From Octopus bimaculoides (lineage: Eukaryota): a DNA stretch of 64,000 nucleotides. Of the stretch, positions 40,142 to 52,093 are shown in pieces (position 1 is the first letter of the stretch; each line of letters begins with the position of its first letter). The translations under genes were made by a program, and so were the position numbers. Location of the stretch: positions 69,999,313 to 70,063,312 of the forward strand of contig NC_068989.1 of the NCBI RefSeq assembly GCF_001194135.2. The letters run 5' to 3'. The notes beneath the pieces were generated by a model. That model worked only from the letters and a program-made list of their open reading frames with translations. It searched no databases and was not told where the DNA came from.

Positions 40142-41627
40142 GGTTGATAATATCACAACACGCATGGAAGACATGTATACCAAAGAGAATGCAATAAAAC
40201 TGTCTCACCAAACTATTGATTATAGATTAAGTAGGTTAGAAGAAATTGCTGCCCAGATGGGTGACTCTCTTGCTGTTATAGAGGAAGTTATAACAACCGA
40301 GCGGAATCCAGTCTTCTCTGATGCAGACACAAACATAGACTATACCAGTGATGAATCTCTTCAACCAACGGAAGATAACAGTAGTCCAAAAACCACTTAC
40401 CCTCAGAAAGATCAACTCGCAGCACCTTCATTATTTAGACCGAGTTTATCTAAAAGAGGTAGTGTTTCAAATCGTATGTGTAGACTTTCTGATCATCGAC
40501 CATCATTGCTAAGCAAAAGAAGCCCATCTATTGGTTTAAAACGTTCTTGGAGTCTTTGTAGCCGTAGCCCTAAATTTGCCAACACCAGTCCTTTACAAAT
40601 GAAACGGCCGTCTCTTTTCCAGTTTCATGACGCCATGCAGAAAGCAGCTTTGCAGAACCATGATATAGATGCTACAGATGAATCTAGTTCTAATGCAAAC
40701 ATGTCAAAATTACAGAAACGGCGTAACGTCACTGCAAACCTACATGTCAACTTACGGCCGGAAGAAGTCCAAGAGGACTGTTTTAATTCCAATAACTCTC
40801 CTCCAAATGTATCACCAACATCATGTAATGCTCCTTCAGTGAAATTCAATGAAGCATTACCAGAGAAAAGTGTTTACAGCACTGCTCCCATTGAGTCTGA
40901 TACTCGCACTGCTACCTTAGTTCCTGGCAAAACTATGACTCTTGATCTCTTGAAGCCAAAAGATACTCAATTTAATCGTGATGCTGAAAGCCAATCTGGT
41001 GCTATCATTGGTCACACACCAGTTTCCCCTCTTGACACCCCAAATTCGCCATCGAGTAGTGTTACGTTCGGTTGCTTCAGTGTGTATGAGAAATACCAAG
41101 CAGGGACCTCCGCCGGCCAAATGCCATCTCTTTTAACTTCTTTGAATCCAGAATATACAACCATTACAGATGATATCGATACGTCATACTTAATGGAAAC
41201 GTCTAGTCCCGCAACAAGTAGTATATTTTTTTCCGATCAAGATGAGAAATATTTCTGGAACAATGAAGAAAAAGCGTTGAAACAAGCAGAAGAAGTCGAA
41301 CACCATCGAATGGAACGGGTCATTCGCAACCGGTTGCGTCAGATTTCACTTGATGATACCGATAGCATTAGTGACATTGCCAAAATTGTGGTCTCTGAAA
41401 TGGAAGGTAACCAAAAGCACACACCACCTGATGCAGTTGTGGATGTCGACGAAGAGGATATAACACTTGTAAACAGACCTGCATGTATACCGCAGGTCAC
41501 GGTAGAGAATAAAGACTTTAAAAGCTCTTCTGTTGATAGATCCTTAAAAAATATCGAAATCAAAGTCATTCGTGCATCCATTGACAAAGGCAGTAGCTGC
41601 GACAGTGATCGAGACCCACAATGTTAA
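40142..41627 (+). CDS. trpm: TRPM channel terminal coding exon (coiled coil plus long low-complexity C-terminal tail)
   Basis: Acceptor ttattttgcag|G, phase 2, continues in frame into the 487-aa ORF 40164-41627. VDNITTRMEDMYTKENAIKLSHQTIDYRLSRLEEIAAQM matches the TRPM coiled coil. EYTTITDDIDTS at 41151-41186 resembles the EY(S/T)SITD-IDT motif of TRPM1/3 tails. Stop TAA ends at 41627. Confidence 0.93.
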
Positions 41628-41699
41628 TTATTCACTGTTTTAGGTGAGGCTTCGTTATTTTACATGTATTATTAAAATGTATCTATTTGTCATTAAACA

Positions 41700-41705
41700 A
41701 ATAAA
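41700..41705 (+). promoter_or_regulatory. Candidate polyadenylation signal AATAAA for the TRPM gene
   Basis: AATAAA about 70 nt after the stop, with ATTAAA at 41671 and 41692 and a T-rich tract at about 41724-41740. No transcript evidence. Confidence 0.45.
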
Positions 41706-41809
41706 AACAAAATTACAGATTACAAGTTTTTTTTTTTTTGTATCTTTATTGTGGGAAAAAATGGAAACATCTGCTTTCTACTGTTAACTTCTTTGAAAAA
41801 ATATAATTA

Positions 41810-42793
41810 TGAGGTGGTATTAAAAAGTTCCCAGACTACTCTTTACTCTTTTCAGTCATTTGACTGTGGCCATGCTGGAGCACCGCCTTTAGTTGAGCAA
41901 ATCGACCCCAGAACTTATTCTTTGTAAGCCTAGTACTTATTCTATCCGTCTCTTTTGCCGAACCGCTAAGTTACGGGGACCTCTACACACCAGCATTGGT
42001 TAATTAACTTATTTATCTAAGTTTTAATATCATCTTCAAAATAGTCATCTTGCACAGCAATACACCAGCCCTATCATTCCTGCCATTTTTGGAATTCAGC
42101 CTGGAAGTTGTTTTCTGTAAGCGAGTCAAGGACATTCTGCAATTCGCTCTTAATCTTAATAACAGTGTTAAAACAGCAGGTGAATAGGGCAGGTGCAGAA
42201 GCAATATCTTGTTGTTTTTGACAAGAAACTCCTGAGTGAGGAGAGCTCAATGACAGAGTGCATTGTCATCGTGAAGAATCCAATTCTTCACGCTCCACAG
42301 ATCCTGTCACTTTTGTTGAATGTCCTCCCTCAAACGCTTCAAAACATCATTGATTGTCCTCCGACAATCCTCATGCATAAGCTGATGAATTTTGTCAACA
42401 TTTCCAGGGGTGATGCTCATGGCCAATCTTCCAGATCGCTCATCATCTTTCGGAGATGTTCTTCCGATTTTGAAGCTCCCTTGCCACTTGAAACATTGCA
42501 TATAACCCATTACCTTGTCACTGTAAGCTTGTCAAAGTATGCTCAATGTCTCTGTAGCAGACTTCCCAAGTTTAATGCAAAATTTCATATTGGCTCTTTC
42601 TTCCAACTTCTTGTCCATGACAAAAATCACAGACTACAGCTTATACGTGATCACAAAAACACAAATTTCACAACTTGTGAAATAAACACAGTAATGTTAC
42701 TCAGCACACTGCCTCATGAAGGTTACTGCTAGCTTTCACCGTGCAAGCAACTGTGTGCTGCCATCTGTTTGGGCACTTTTTGATACCACCTCA
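41810..42793 (-). mobile_element. Mariner transposon, internally deleted, with a SINE fragment inserted
   Basis: TIRs tgaggtggtattaaaaagttccc (41810-41832) and gggcactttttgataccacctca (42771-42793); TA at 41808-9 and 42794-5. Minus-strand remnants: QCFKWQGSFKIGRTSPKDDERSGR (HTH), WILHDDNA, HLPYSP, FQAEFQKWQE**GWCIAVQDDYFEDD. Confidence 0.9.
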
Positions 42794-45700
42794 TACAAGC
42801 AACGGGATAAAGGTGACGAGTAGAGGAAAGGAAAAAGTAAGGAATGCACGGTGCTGGCTAGAAAGGAAGGAAGGATAAAGGTGACAAATAAAATAGAGTG
42901 GTGACATTTAGTAGAGATGACCCAGAAGTTGTTCCTCTTCGATTACTATTGCAAACAGCAGTAGCTTTCTTCAACCGAATACGTCATTGATTGGTTGAAA
43001 TTACCCAAATTATAACACGAAATAACTTCTAAAATAGGAAATTTTGTCAAAAACGTTCAGAGTAAACCATGTTCTACGTGAGAAATTCTACCAGTATTTG
43101 AAGTTTCAAACTGTTTAGTTAAAAAAAAAAATTAAGAAATCTGTGATTGAGATGGAATAGATCCTGTTTTTGTTCTGATGGGTTTCCAACAACCTTTCAC
43201 AATCCTCTTCACTAAGTTTGCTTGGTGAAGAAGGAACCAGTCTAGTTATCACTGACCTACCCATACAACCGGTTGTACCAGACTACATGTTACTAGCAAC
43301 ACTCCTTGGTAATATACTCCTCTTTTGTACATAAACGCGTATTGAGGTCTTGGTCATGTACAAAGGCAGAACAAGCACACGAAAATATATTTTAGCCTGA
43401 ACTTTACATTTTGTTGTACACTGTGTGCTGTTAGAGCATAGCAGAAGCATTTTCATGTGATTGTGTCGCTGATCACAAGTCTACATTGCTTCATACTTCA
43501 TGTTTATTACTTGTAATTTTCAAATTTTCAGCTCAACTACCATCTTCTCTCACTCAAAGAAATATTGCTGATTTTGTTGTTGTTTAAAAATGTAACAATA
43601 TTTACCTATCATATTTTCTGGCATGCAAGTCAAATTTTTCAGACCAAAGCTTACAACCAAAAAAGTTACGTTGATTTATAGACCAAAACGATTTTTAAAG
43701 AACTAAAATCCCATGTGAAATTCAAACACCATCGCTAATGATAAAATAGTGATGATGTTTATATGACATGTTTTCACTATATTGTGTTACATCAACTTGT
43801 ATGCCAGAAAATACAGAATAACATCAAAACTATCAATATGCATTGGTCTATTACAGCATTTTTTCCTTTTGTTCAGATAGTATAATTATCATTATAACTA
43901 CAGTTTAGTTTGCTCTCTCATAACTTTCTTAATAATGTATATTTTTTTAATGAAATTTTGTAGATTATGATCATGTTGATGAAATTAGAAAATTTGGCAG
44001 TTCTTTTTTTCTTCAGATGAAAAGAAGTCCACATGTTTTTTAAAACCAGTCAGTTACTTCCTAGTGATCATTTCAGTACATTAATATTTTTTTAATCTAT
44101 GACACCATCTTGGTCAATATTATTCATTATCAACTTAAACTTGAAAGGTATCATGAAAAAGAACTTCTCATTTATGTTTAACCTATAATAATACCAGTTG
44201 AAAGTGTTTTACAATGATTTCCATAAATGTGTCCCGTACCTCTTATTGAATGGTTATAGAATAAAATTCCATCAACATAATCATAGTCTATTGAAAAGTA
44301 TTTTACTTTTAAGCACAGGTAGGGGTGAGTTCTAAGAAGACTTTACAATCAGTTGGTTTCAAGTTCAGCCCTATAGCATGTCCCCTTCAGTGTCTTCTAA
44401 TAACTCCAGGCCAATCAATGCCTTGTGAGTGAATTTGGTACATGGAAACCATGTCACTTATTAATACACACACACACACAAACATATAGGTGCAAGTATA
44501 ACTGTATGGTAGCAAATTTACTTTCCAATCACAGGGTTTTGGGTTCAGTTCCACTGCATAGCACCTCGGGCAAGTGTCCTCTGCTACAGCCCCAGGCTGA
44601 CCAATGGCTTGTGTGTGGATCTGGTTGGTGGAGACTGAAAGAAATGTGTGTGTGTGTGTTACTGTCTCCTTGCTTTGACATTGCATAGTAGTTGTAAATG
44701 AGTGCCACTGTCATACAAGTGGTGTCCTTTGTTTCCAACCTTCCATAAAAAAAAACATGTCTGGTCATAGGGAAATATTACCTTTCTTGGAAACAGATGA
44801 GGGTTGACAATTCACTTGCTCAAGGTGATGGACATTGGGACTGAACCCCACACCACATGGTTGGGAAGTAGTGTGTGTGTGGAGCAGAAAAACATGAATT
44901 TCACATATAGATCATACAATTCACACAAAGTATGAAATTTATGCTTTTCCCTTTTTATGCTAAATATGTGACTTAAAAACCACTTTAGCTGATTATATAC
45001 ATACATGCAAGTTGGTTCCACTTTGATTTACTCCATTGTAACAAACACATTGAAGTTTAACAACTTGCTATTCATTGAACTCTTAGCTCTTAATTACTGT
45101 GGATTTATTCTTAGATGCAGTGCAGATTTACCTTGTGTAAAGGTTCTTTGCATAGTTACATTTAATGTTTTCACTATGGACACGTTCACAAGCCCTTGTA
45201 TGTTCTTCCTTGGCTGCATTTTCATGCTGTATTATCCATTGAGATGATTTAGAAACAGTATCTTCTCTTTCATCTTGCCATGTCATTTTTCCATCCATCA
45301 GTTAGTGTGGATGATCTTTATACATCAATTTTCTATATGGAAATATCTGTGAGTGTATATACATACATCATCATCATCCTTTAATGTCCGTCATTTTCCA
45401 TACTGATATGAGTTGGACCGTTTGACCAGAGCTGGCAAGCAGGAGGGCTGCCCGAGGTTCCAGTCTGATTTAGTTTGGTTTCTACAGCTGGGTGCACTTC
45501 CTAGCACCAACCACTTTACAGAGTGTGTTGGGTGTTTTTACATGGCACTAGCACAGGTCTCTTGCAGGCCTACCCCCTTTAGCAGGGAGAGCAGCATTAT
45601 CACTTCTGTTGTGGAGGACAAATCTTCTTGAGTACTGCAAGGGTGAAAGCTCATAAGCGCAGGAGTGGTTGTGTGGTAAGAAGCTTGCTTCCCAACCACA

Positions 45701-46510
45701 TGGCACCTTGGGCAAGTGCCTTCTATTATAGCCTCGGACCGACCAAAGCCTTGTGAGTGGATTTGGTAGACGGAAACTGAAAGACAGTCATATATATATA
45801 TATATATATATATATCGAAACGTAAAACCACCTTTCTTTCCTTCTCTGAGCATCTGCTAATACTTTACATGTACCACGTCCTCGCGTTGTTATTTTTTTC
45901 ATATATATATTATGTATAGCTATAATATAATGAAGGATGAGAACTTACCCTATATTTTCCGAAGGTGGCGAGATAAACGTTTGTCAACGACCGTTTGGCA
46001 GAAATGAAATAACGTTGGTATGAATAACCAAATATATATATACAGGAAGTTAGCATAGTATGAGACAGGTAACCTCGTTCACTTCCTGTTAAAAAGGAGA
46101 GTGGGGAAGACAGCGGGAGCTTGGCGCGGATAGAACCAGAACGAGAGACAGAGCTGCTTACGGGTCGGACCGTTCACCACCTACCTTGAAACAATTGAGA
46201 CTGGACATAATCTCCATATATGAACACTTTGTTGTTGCGATCAGAAGTTTACGCCTTTTTCTTACATTATAATTTGTCTGATCGTAACAATGTACATGCA
46301 TGTATTTGTGTGTCTGTCTTTGGCCCCCCACCCCAAAAAAAAACATCGCTTGACAATTGATGCTGGTGTGTTTACATCCCTGTAATTTAGCAGTTTGGCG
46401 AAAGAGACCGATAGAATAAGTATTAGGCTTACGAATAATAAGTCCTTGTTCAACTAAAGGTGGTGCTCCAGCATGGCCACGGTCAAATGACTGAAACAAG
46501 TAAAAGAGTA

Positions 46511-46541
<31 letters not shown>

Positions 46542-49500
46542 TTCCTTGTTTCTTTCATTAAACGCTGGCCATGCTGGGGCACGTCTGCGTAGGACACTCC
46601 ACACATACCTCAAGTGATAATTAAATATATCTATCATGCTTTGTTCTTTGTGTGTTTTTCTGTTTGTTTTTTTTTAATTTTCACGCGCGCGTGCACACAC
46701 ACTGTGTGTCTGCAGAAAACTTCCAATTAAATAAGCCCAATTGTTGTCTTTACCAAGATAAAAACAAAAAGCAATACAGAATCTTGATACATTATCATTT
46801 ATTTCGATATATTATTTTTCTGCATGGAAAGACAAAGAAAAGAAGATATCAGATACATATAGAGAACATGTATTATATATATAATGTATCTCTATAGATG
46901 TATATCATTTTATAAGATATAACATTAAATTAAGCTGTTAATATGGAGTGTCGAGAAAAATAAACGCTATTATTTTTATCTCTGAACAACAATGCACTTT
47001 TACTATAAGCTGACACTTATACAACGTTTGTGAGAAATTCAATTAAGTCAGAATATTTCATCGGTAAATCTTGAGAGATTTATAAATATGACATGCTATT
47101 TCTGATATCAATCCAATATAGCAACTATGCAATATGATGTTATGAAAAATTACTCAATTATCCAGACTTGCTAGTTAACAGTCTGGTGTACAAAATGCAT
47201 GTTTCTTATTACTTTAACTTTGACATGTATTTCTGCTGTTCGATTCTGTCAACCCCTCAACTTCAGGTTTGCTTATTTCTTTACACAAAGTGTCCGCACG
47301 TTAAATGTAATTTATAATCGCATGTTCCACTCTTTATGCTTAAGATTATGTCAAAAGAACATCTCACAGCAAAACACCAGGCTAGGTTCCAAAATAGTAA
47401 TTACGCTGTGTAACACGATTTTCTTCCTCGGGTAGCAACTGTTATTTCCTATTTGCTTACTCCTAGAAATGGTTAATATTGCCTTCAAACTTTGCTTTTG
47501 TTACATTTATTCAAACCCCAAAGAATCTTTCTCAACACATGTCTATGAGGCTCCCCCACTATTCCTGCTATGATCAGAGATGCACATATTGTAAACCACT
47601 AAGGGACATGCTTAAGCAGCTATAGTCAAGGAACTGACAAGCAAATCTGTGGTATTGAGCAGAATACTTGCTATAACAAAAAATTTCTGCTGCAGCATTG
47701 AATTTGTGTGAAATGTAATCGAAAATAGGTTAGTTTCAAAACATTGATGTCCAGATCCAAAATTTGAACGGAGTGCAAAAGTTTCTGCTACCATAACAAA
47801 TGCTTCTGCATGTCACAGACATTTTTAGAGAGCAAAAAAAGCTTCTAGACTCGTTTAAAAAAAAAAAAATCTACAAGACTGTCAACGAGTGCTAGTGAAC
47901 CGGCGATCACGTCTACAAGTGATGGTGTGCGCAAGTTTAGTGTGAGTGAAAGTGATTTAAAAAGACAGTTATAACAAGCGCACTCAGAGAGTGCAAAGCT
48001 CCACCAAGGCAACGCCACTGTCCTCTCAACAATTAGCCAGAGATGATTTTTAAAATGTGAATATCTGAAATAAACTCGACTGCTCTAACAAACAAGAATA
48101 CTAAAAGTGAACCCGGCTACTCTAAAAAACTAAGTAATAAAGACGGAAAAATAATCCAGAATCCTTGTCCGGTACCTGAACGATCCCAATGGTAGTCATG
48201 GAATGTTAAGGTGGCTGGAGAAAATTTAGTAACAGTAATAAATAGTTTATCCTTATCTAATACAAACCAAAGTTAACAAATCCACCATTCAAAATAGTTA
48301 CAGCCTAAAGAGAGATAAATGAGAAAGACTTGGAAGTTAACATAAGATCATAATCATGTAAAGTGAATTGAATATAACAAATAATCCAGAATCTTTGTCC
48401 GGTACCAGATCGATCCCAACATCTAATCAGTTTGTGCCAGTCACAAACTGACATGTGTAATTGTCATCTTGACACAGAGTAACTCGGACTCTTATCTATT
48501 GTGTCAATTTTTAAAGAAATATTGGGATATGATTTGATTAACATTTGGCTGCTATTTCTAGTCAGTCGAACGACTTCATAGAGGCTGACTTATGTAACTG
48601 TCACCTTGTCAGTTTATAAGCAGGTGAGAAAGAAAAATAAAACATCACAGAATGGCTAATATTTTATCTCAAGGGAAAATAAATGTCCCTGTTTACGTAA
48701 ACGATGATGAATTCGATGACATGACGGGAATTTTGGGTTTTGCTTTTTAAAATGGCTTCCTGTTTATGAAGCGCAATCTATTATTCATTATTTTTCTTGT
48801 TCTCAAAATATATAACATTGTTATAACAATTTTAAATGTAAAGAAGAAGACATTGCTGTTCTATTTGTCTATCGTAAGTAAAATAAACAAACAATAATAT
48901 ATATCAACAAAGAAATCTTTATCTATCTAAAGAGAAAACTCCAAATGCCAAAAGGGAGTTTTTAAATTGTTGTACGATGATAGTATGTTATTTTCCCCTG
49001 AAATATGTATTGTCCTACCTACTGTCTCGTACATATGCTATTGCAAAATTGTGAAAGCATCACTCGCCGTAACTTGAATCATAAATTTTCACTTCGATTA
49101 ATATCGATATTTCGTTGTGAGAGCTGCTTCTCCAAACGATATGTCGTTTCTCTTTTTAAGTTCATTTTTTTTAAATTTTACTTTAATTTTTCAATTTTTT
49201 TTTTTTTTTTTTTTTTNNNNNNNNNNNNNNNNNNNATTTTTTAAAAATTTTACTTTAATTTTTCAATTTTTTTTTTTTTTTTTTTCATTTTATATTTTAT
49301 TTCTCGACTTTTTTAGAGTGGTTGGGTCAATGAACGAGCTCGAACGCTGAGTGGATTATTAATAACTTATCTGCTTATTTTGCTGATAAGAAAAGATAAA
49401 AACTCTTTACTTCAATATTTGAAAACCAGTCTGAAACGTTTCGTAACATTTCGAACAACAATCTTTCTATCTTAGAACAAATGATATCTGTTGCATAAAG

Positions 49501-49884
49501 TTCTGTGAGGAGAGAGAGTCGACGAGAGAGACTAATTTGAAATAGAAATAAACTATTTGTTTTAATGTCTTGAAAGCTACAATTGTTTCATGATATAAAA
49601 CCGTGGCTGCCAATCCCGACACCAATCTTTTCATGGAATCTCCAAATACAAGTTAACCAAACCAAAAAATGCCTGCTATTCGTGGAAGGTGGGAAAATGG
49701 TGTTTATTATGTAGGAGAAGTGGACATACACCATTCTGTGTATTCCAATTCCGTACATTAAATTTCTTAAGGAAGAAAACGGAACGCAGACTCTAAACTA
49801 AACAGCACAACAATATTTTATTACGGCAAAAATCCGCTCACACGAGGAGGGGATTTGGTGATAATGAACGAAGGGCATCAAAAA

Positions 49885-50590
49885 CAGAACGTTGATATGC
49901 ACGAACCAGATTAATTTTTTAAAAAACAGTACAGCCATGTAGATTAGCTGAAAAATCCTGCAGATTCCTAATGGAATAACGATCAGGCACCGTTACAGCA
50001 TTAAGACGCCGATAGTCCCCCACCGGGCGAAAACCAGAATCACCTTTTCAGGCCGAGTTGAACCATGTGTTCAAACTCGGCCCTAGCCGTTTTGAGACGG
50101 TCCGGTGCCAGACGCCGTGGGCGCGAAAAAACAGGCGACCCAGTAGTCGTGATAAAATGGAGGGTGGAATGTGCGGGCTTAGCGGGAAAAGAAGCTAGAA
50201 GCGAATGAAAAACATCCCCAGCAGTGGCAATAAAAAACGCTGGGCTAAGAGTTGGGTAGGTAGAGCCCTTTGCTGGCGTGAAGAGAGATGTCGAACCGTC
50301 GACAAGCCTCCGACGCCGAACATCCACCAACAAGTTAAAATGATTTTAAAAATCCGCACCCAAAATAGAATGCGGGATGTCAGCTATGACAAAAACCCAT
50401 TGAAAATCTCTGGTAAGACCAATGTCTAGTCGCAGAGAAAGCTGACCAAAAGTACGTATCAGGGAGGAATCAATCGCGTGTAAAACAATAGACGAATGCC
50501 TAGGTTTGTCAGTAATAAGGCGAAGAGGTCAAATACTACAGCACGACCATGAAGAACTTCTTCGACACCTGGTCTTTCACAAAAATTGTA
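49885..50590 (-). pseudogene. Gypsy pol remnant (protease and start of RT)
   Basis: Protease-like IRTFGQLSLRLDIGLTRDFQWVFVIADIPHSILGADF*NHFNLLVDVRRRRLVD, then PVFSRPRRLAPDRLKTARAEFEHMVQLG, then RT start GDYRRLNAVTVPDRYSIRNLQDFSANLHGCTVF*KINLVRAYQ. In-frame stops; no intact DTG motif; ends abruptly at the truncated LTR. Confidence 0.88.
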
Positions 50591-50627
50591 CGATAAGAAA
50601 AAAGTGTAGAGGAGGAAACTGATGTGC

Positions 50628-51330
50628 TCAATTCCTCCTGTGGACGTTTCCCGAGATAAAAGAGCATGGCTGGATACACTTATGTGCCTTTTCTGAAAAT
50701 TTAGTATGGTACCAGCACAATCCAGGTTGTCTTCCAGAAGCTGAACGACCACGACTTGAGAGCGGGAACGAGCGCGGGAAAAAGGCTTGTTATCCGGCAT
50801 AGAGCGTCCAACTGACGCGTGAGCTCTTCTAGTTTATCAGCAATGGCGTCATACGACAAGGAAGAGGATCAGGCTGCTGAAGTGGCCTCAGAACATAGAC
50901 AGGCACCGCGTGAAGGTTGGCCGGAAAATTCTAGGATTTTATCGGCCAAGATTGTCCGCACGTCCGAAGGCAATCTCGAAAAGAAAATTTTACGCAGAAG
51001 AGGAGTGTCAGTTGAATCTCCGCTCAACTCGCATAAGTGGCGTAAAAATTCTGACGGAGTTCTATCTCCCAATTGCTCATCCGCCATGACCTCATTGAAT
51101 CTGCTCTCAGCAGACTTGGTGTAACGACGTAAAATCTCCGCTTTTACGGAGATATTAGTGGCGTCAGGACTGGGAGACGTGACTAAATCCCTGGCGGAGG
51201 TGGAGAGTTGCAACGGCAAGTCACAATACAACAACTGTAACTGCTTTGAGGTAGGAATACCATGTGTGTCAAAATATGCCTCCAATTGAGCAAACCACAA
51301 GGTTGCGTCACCTGTGAATGAAGGTAACAT
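50628..51330 (-). pseudogene. Gypsy gag remnant (frameshifted)
   Basis: LPSFTGDATLWFAQLEAYF...EQLGDRTPSEFLRHL...LLRKIFFSRLPSDVRTILA. After a frame change, LCWYHTKFSEKAHKCIQPC (CWYH at 50706-50717), the Cys/His knuckle typical of this Gypsy gag type. Confidence 0.88.
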
Positions 51331-51846
51331 GTGGGAGAGCATAGTTCCTATCGAAAACATGATTCCACCAAAGGAAAAAAAAAAGGAAAGAGACAATGAA
51401 CAGAAGGTTCTCGTATATAAGATACGTGGACAGCAAAAGGAGTCCACCAAAGAAAAAAACGAAATTTTCTTTTTCGTGTTTTTTTTTTTGTATTGAAGTG
51501 TACACAGGAGAAAGAGAGAAAGAAAAAAATTTTTGTAAAGAAAAACAATGTGTTTGCCTTTTTTTTTTCCTCAGAGTGTGTGTGTGTGTGTGTGTGTTGC
51601 TTTTGTGTACTGTATGCAGGAACAAAATATCACCAACCTTGTCGCGCCGAAAGGTAAATATNNNNNNNNNNNNNNNNNNNNNNNNNNNNNNNNNNNNNNN
51701 NNNNNNNNNNNNNNNNNNNNNNNNNNNNNNNNNNNNNNNNNNNNNNNNNNNNNNNNNNNNNNNNNNNNNNNNNNNNNNNNGAGCCGAAAGGTAAATATAA
51801 CAATAAAACAGGGTAGAAAGTTAAATGTGTGCGAGTCTGTCTAGCA

Positions 51847-52093
51847 CAGGGCTTTTCAAACTGTGGTCCGCAAGGACAAGACAGGGGGTCCGTGGACAGC
51901 AAATACTTTTTATGGGCAATTTGATTTTATATATGTTTTTTAATCGAAATCTTTTAATTGACAATAAACCTATTTGTTAAATACTGTTAAATAAATAAAT
52001 GTAAAAATATATGTTATTTTAAGCAACTATTTATGTATAAATTTCATAAGCGTTTATAAGGGGTCCGCAAGTCAAAAGGTTTGAAAACCCTTG
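51847..52093. mobile_element. hAT (Charlie-like) MITE nested in the Gypsy 5' leader
   Basis: Ends CAGGGCTTTTCAAAC ... GTTTGAAAACCCTTG (imperfect TIR); 8-bp TSD GTCTAGCA at 51839-51846 and 52094-52101. Confidence 0.88.

Noticed and set aside
42193-42732. 179-aa plus-strand ORF
   Set aside because: Antisense to mariner transposase remnants.
43615-43812. 17-bp inverted repeat (ttttctggcatgcaagt / acttgtatgccagaaaa)
   Set aside because: Probably internal to an old DNA transposon; no termini or TSD found.
48760-48880. Possible 5' non-coding exon (cttcctgt motif, ATC|GTAAGT donor at 48874)
   Set aside because: Short motifs expected by chance; no downstream coding exon found.
49160-49290. Duplications flanking gaps (also 51645-51800, 58010-58085)
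   Set aside because: Probably assembly overlap artefacts at gap edges.
50819-51124. 101-aa plus-strand ORF
   Set aside because: Antisense shadow of the Gypsy gag remnant.
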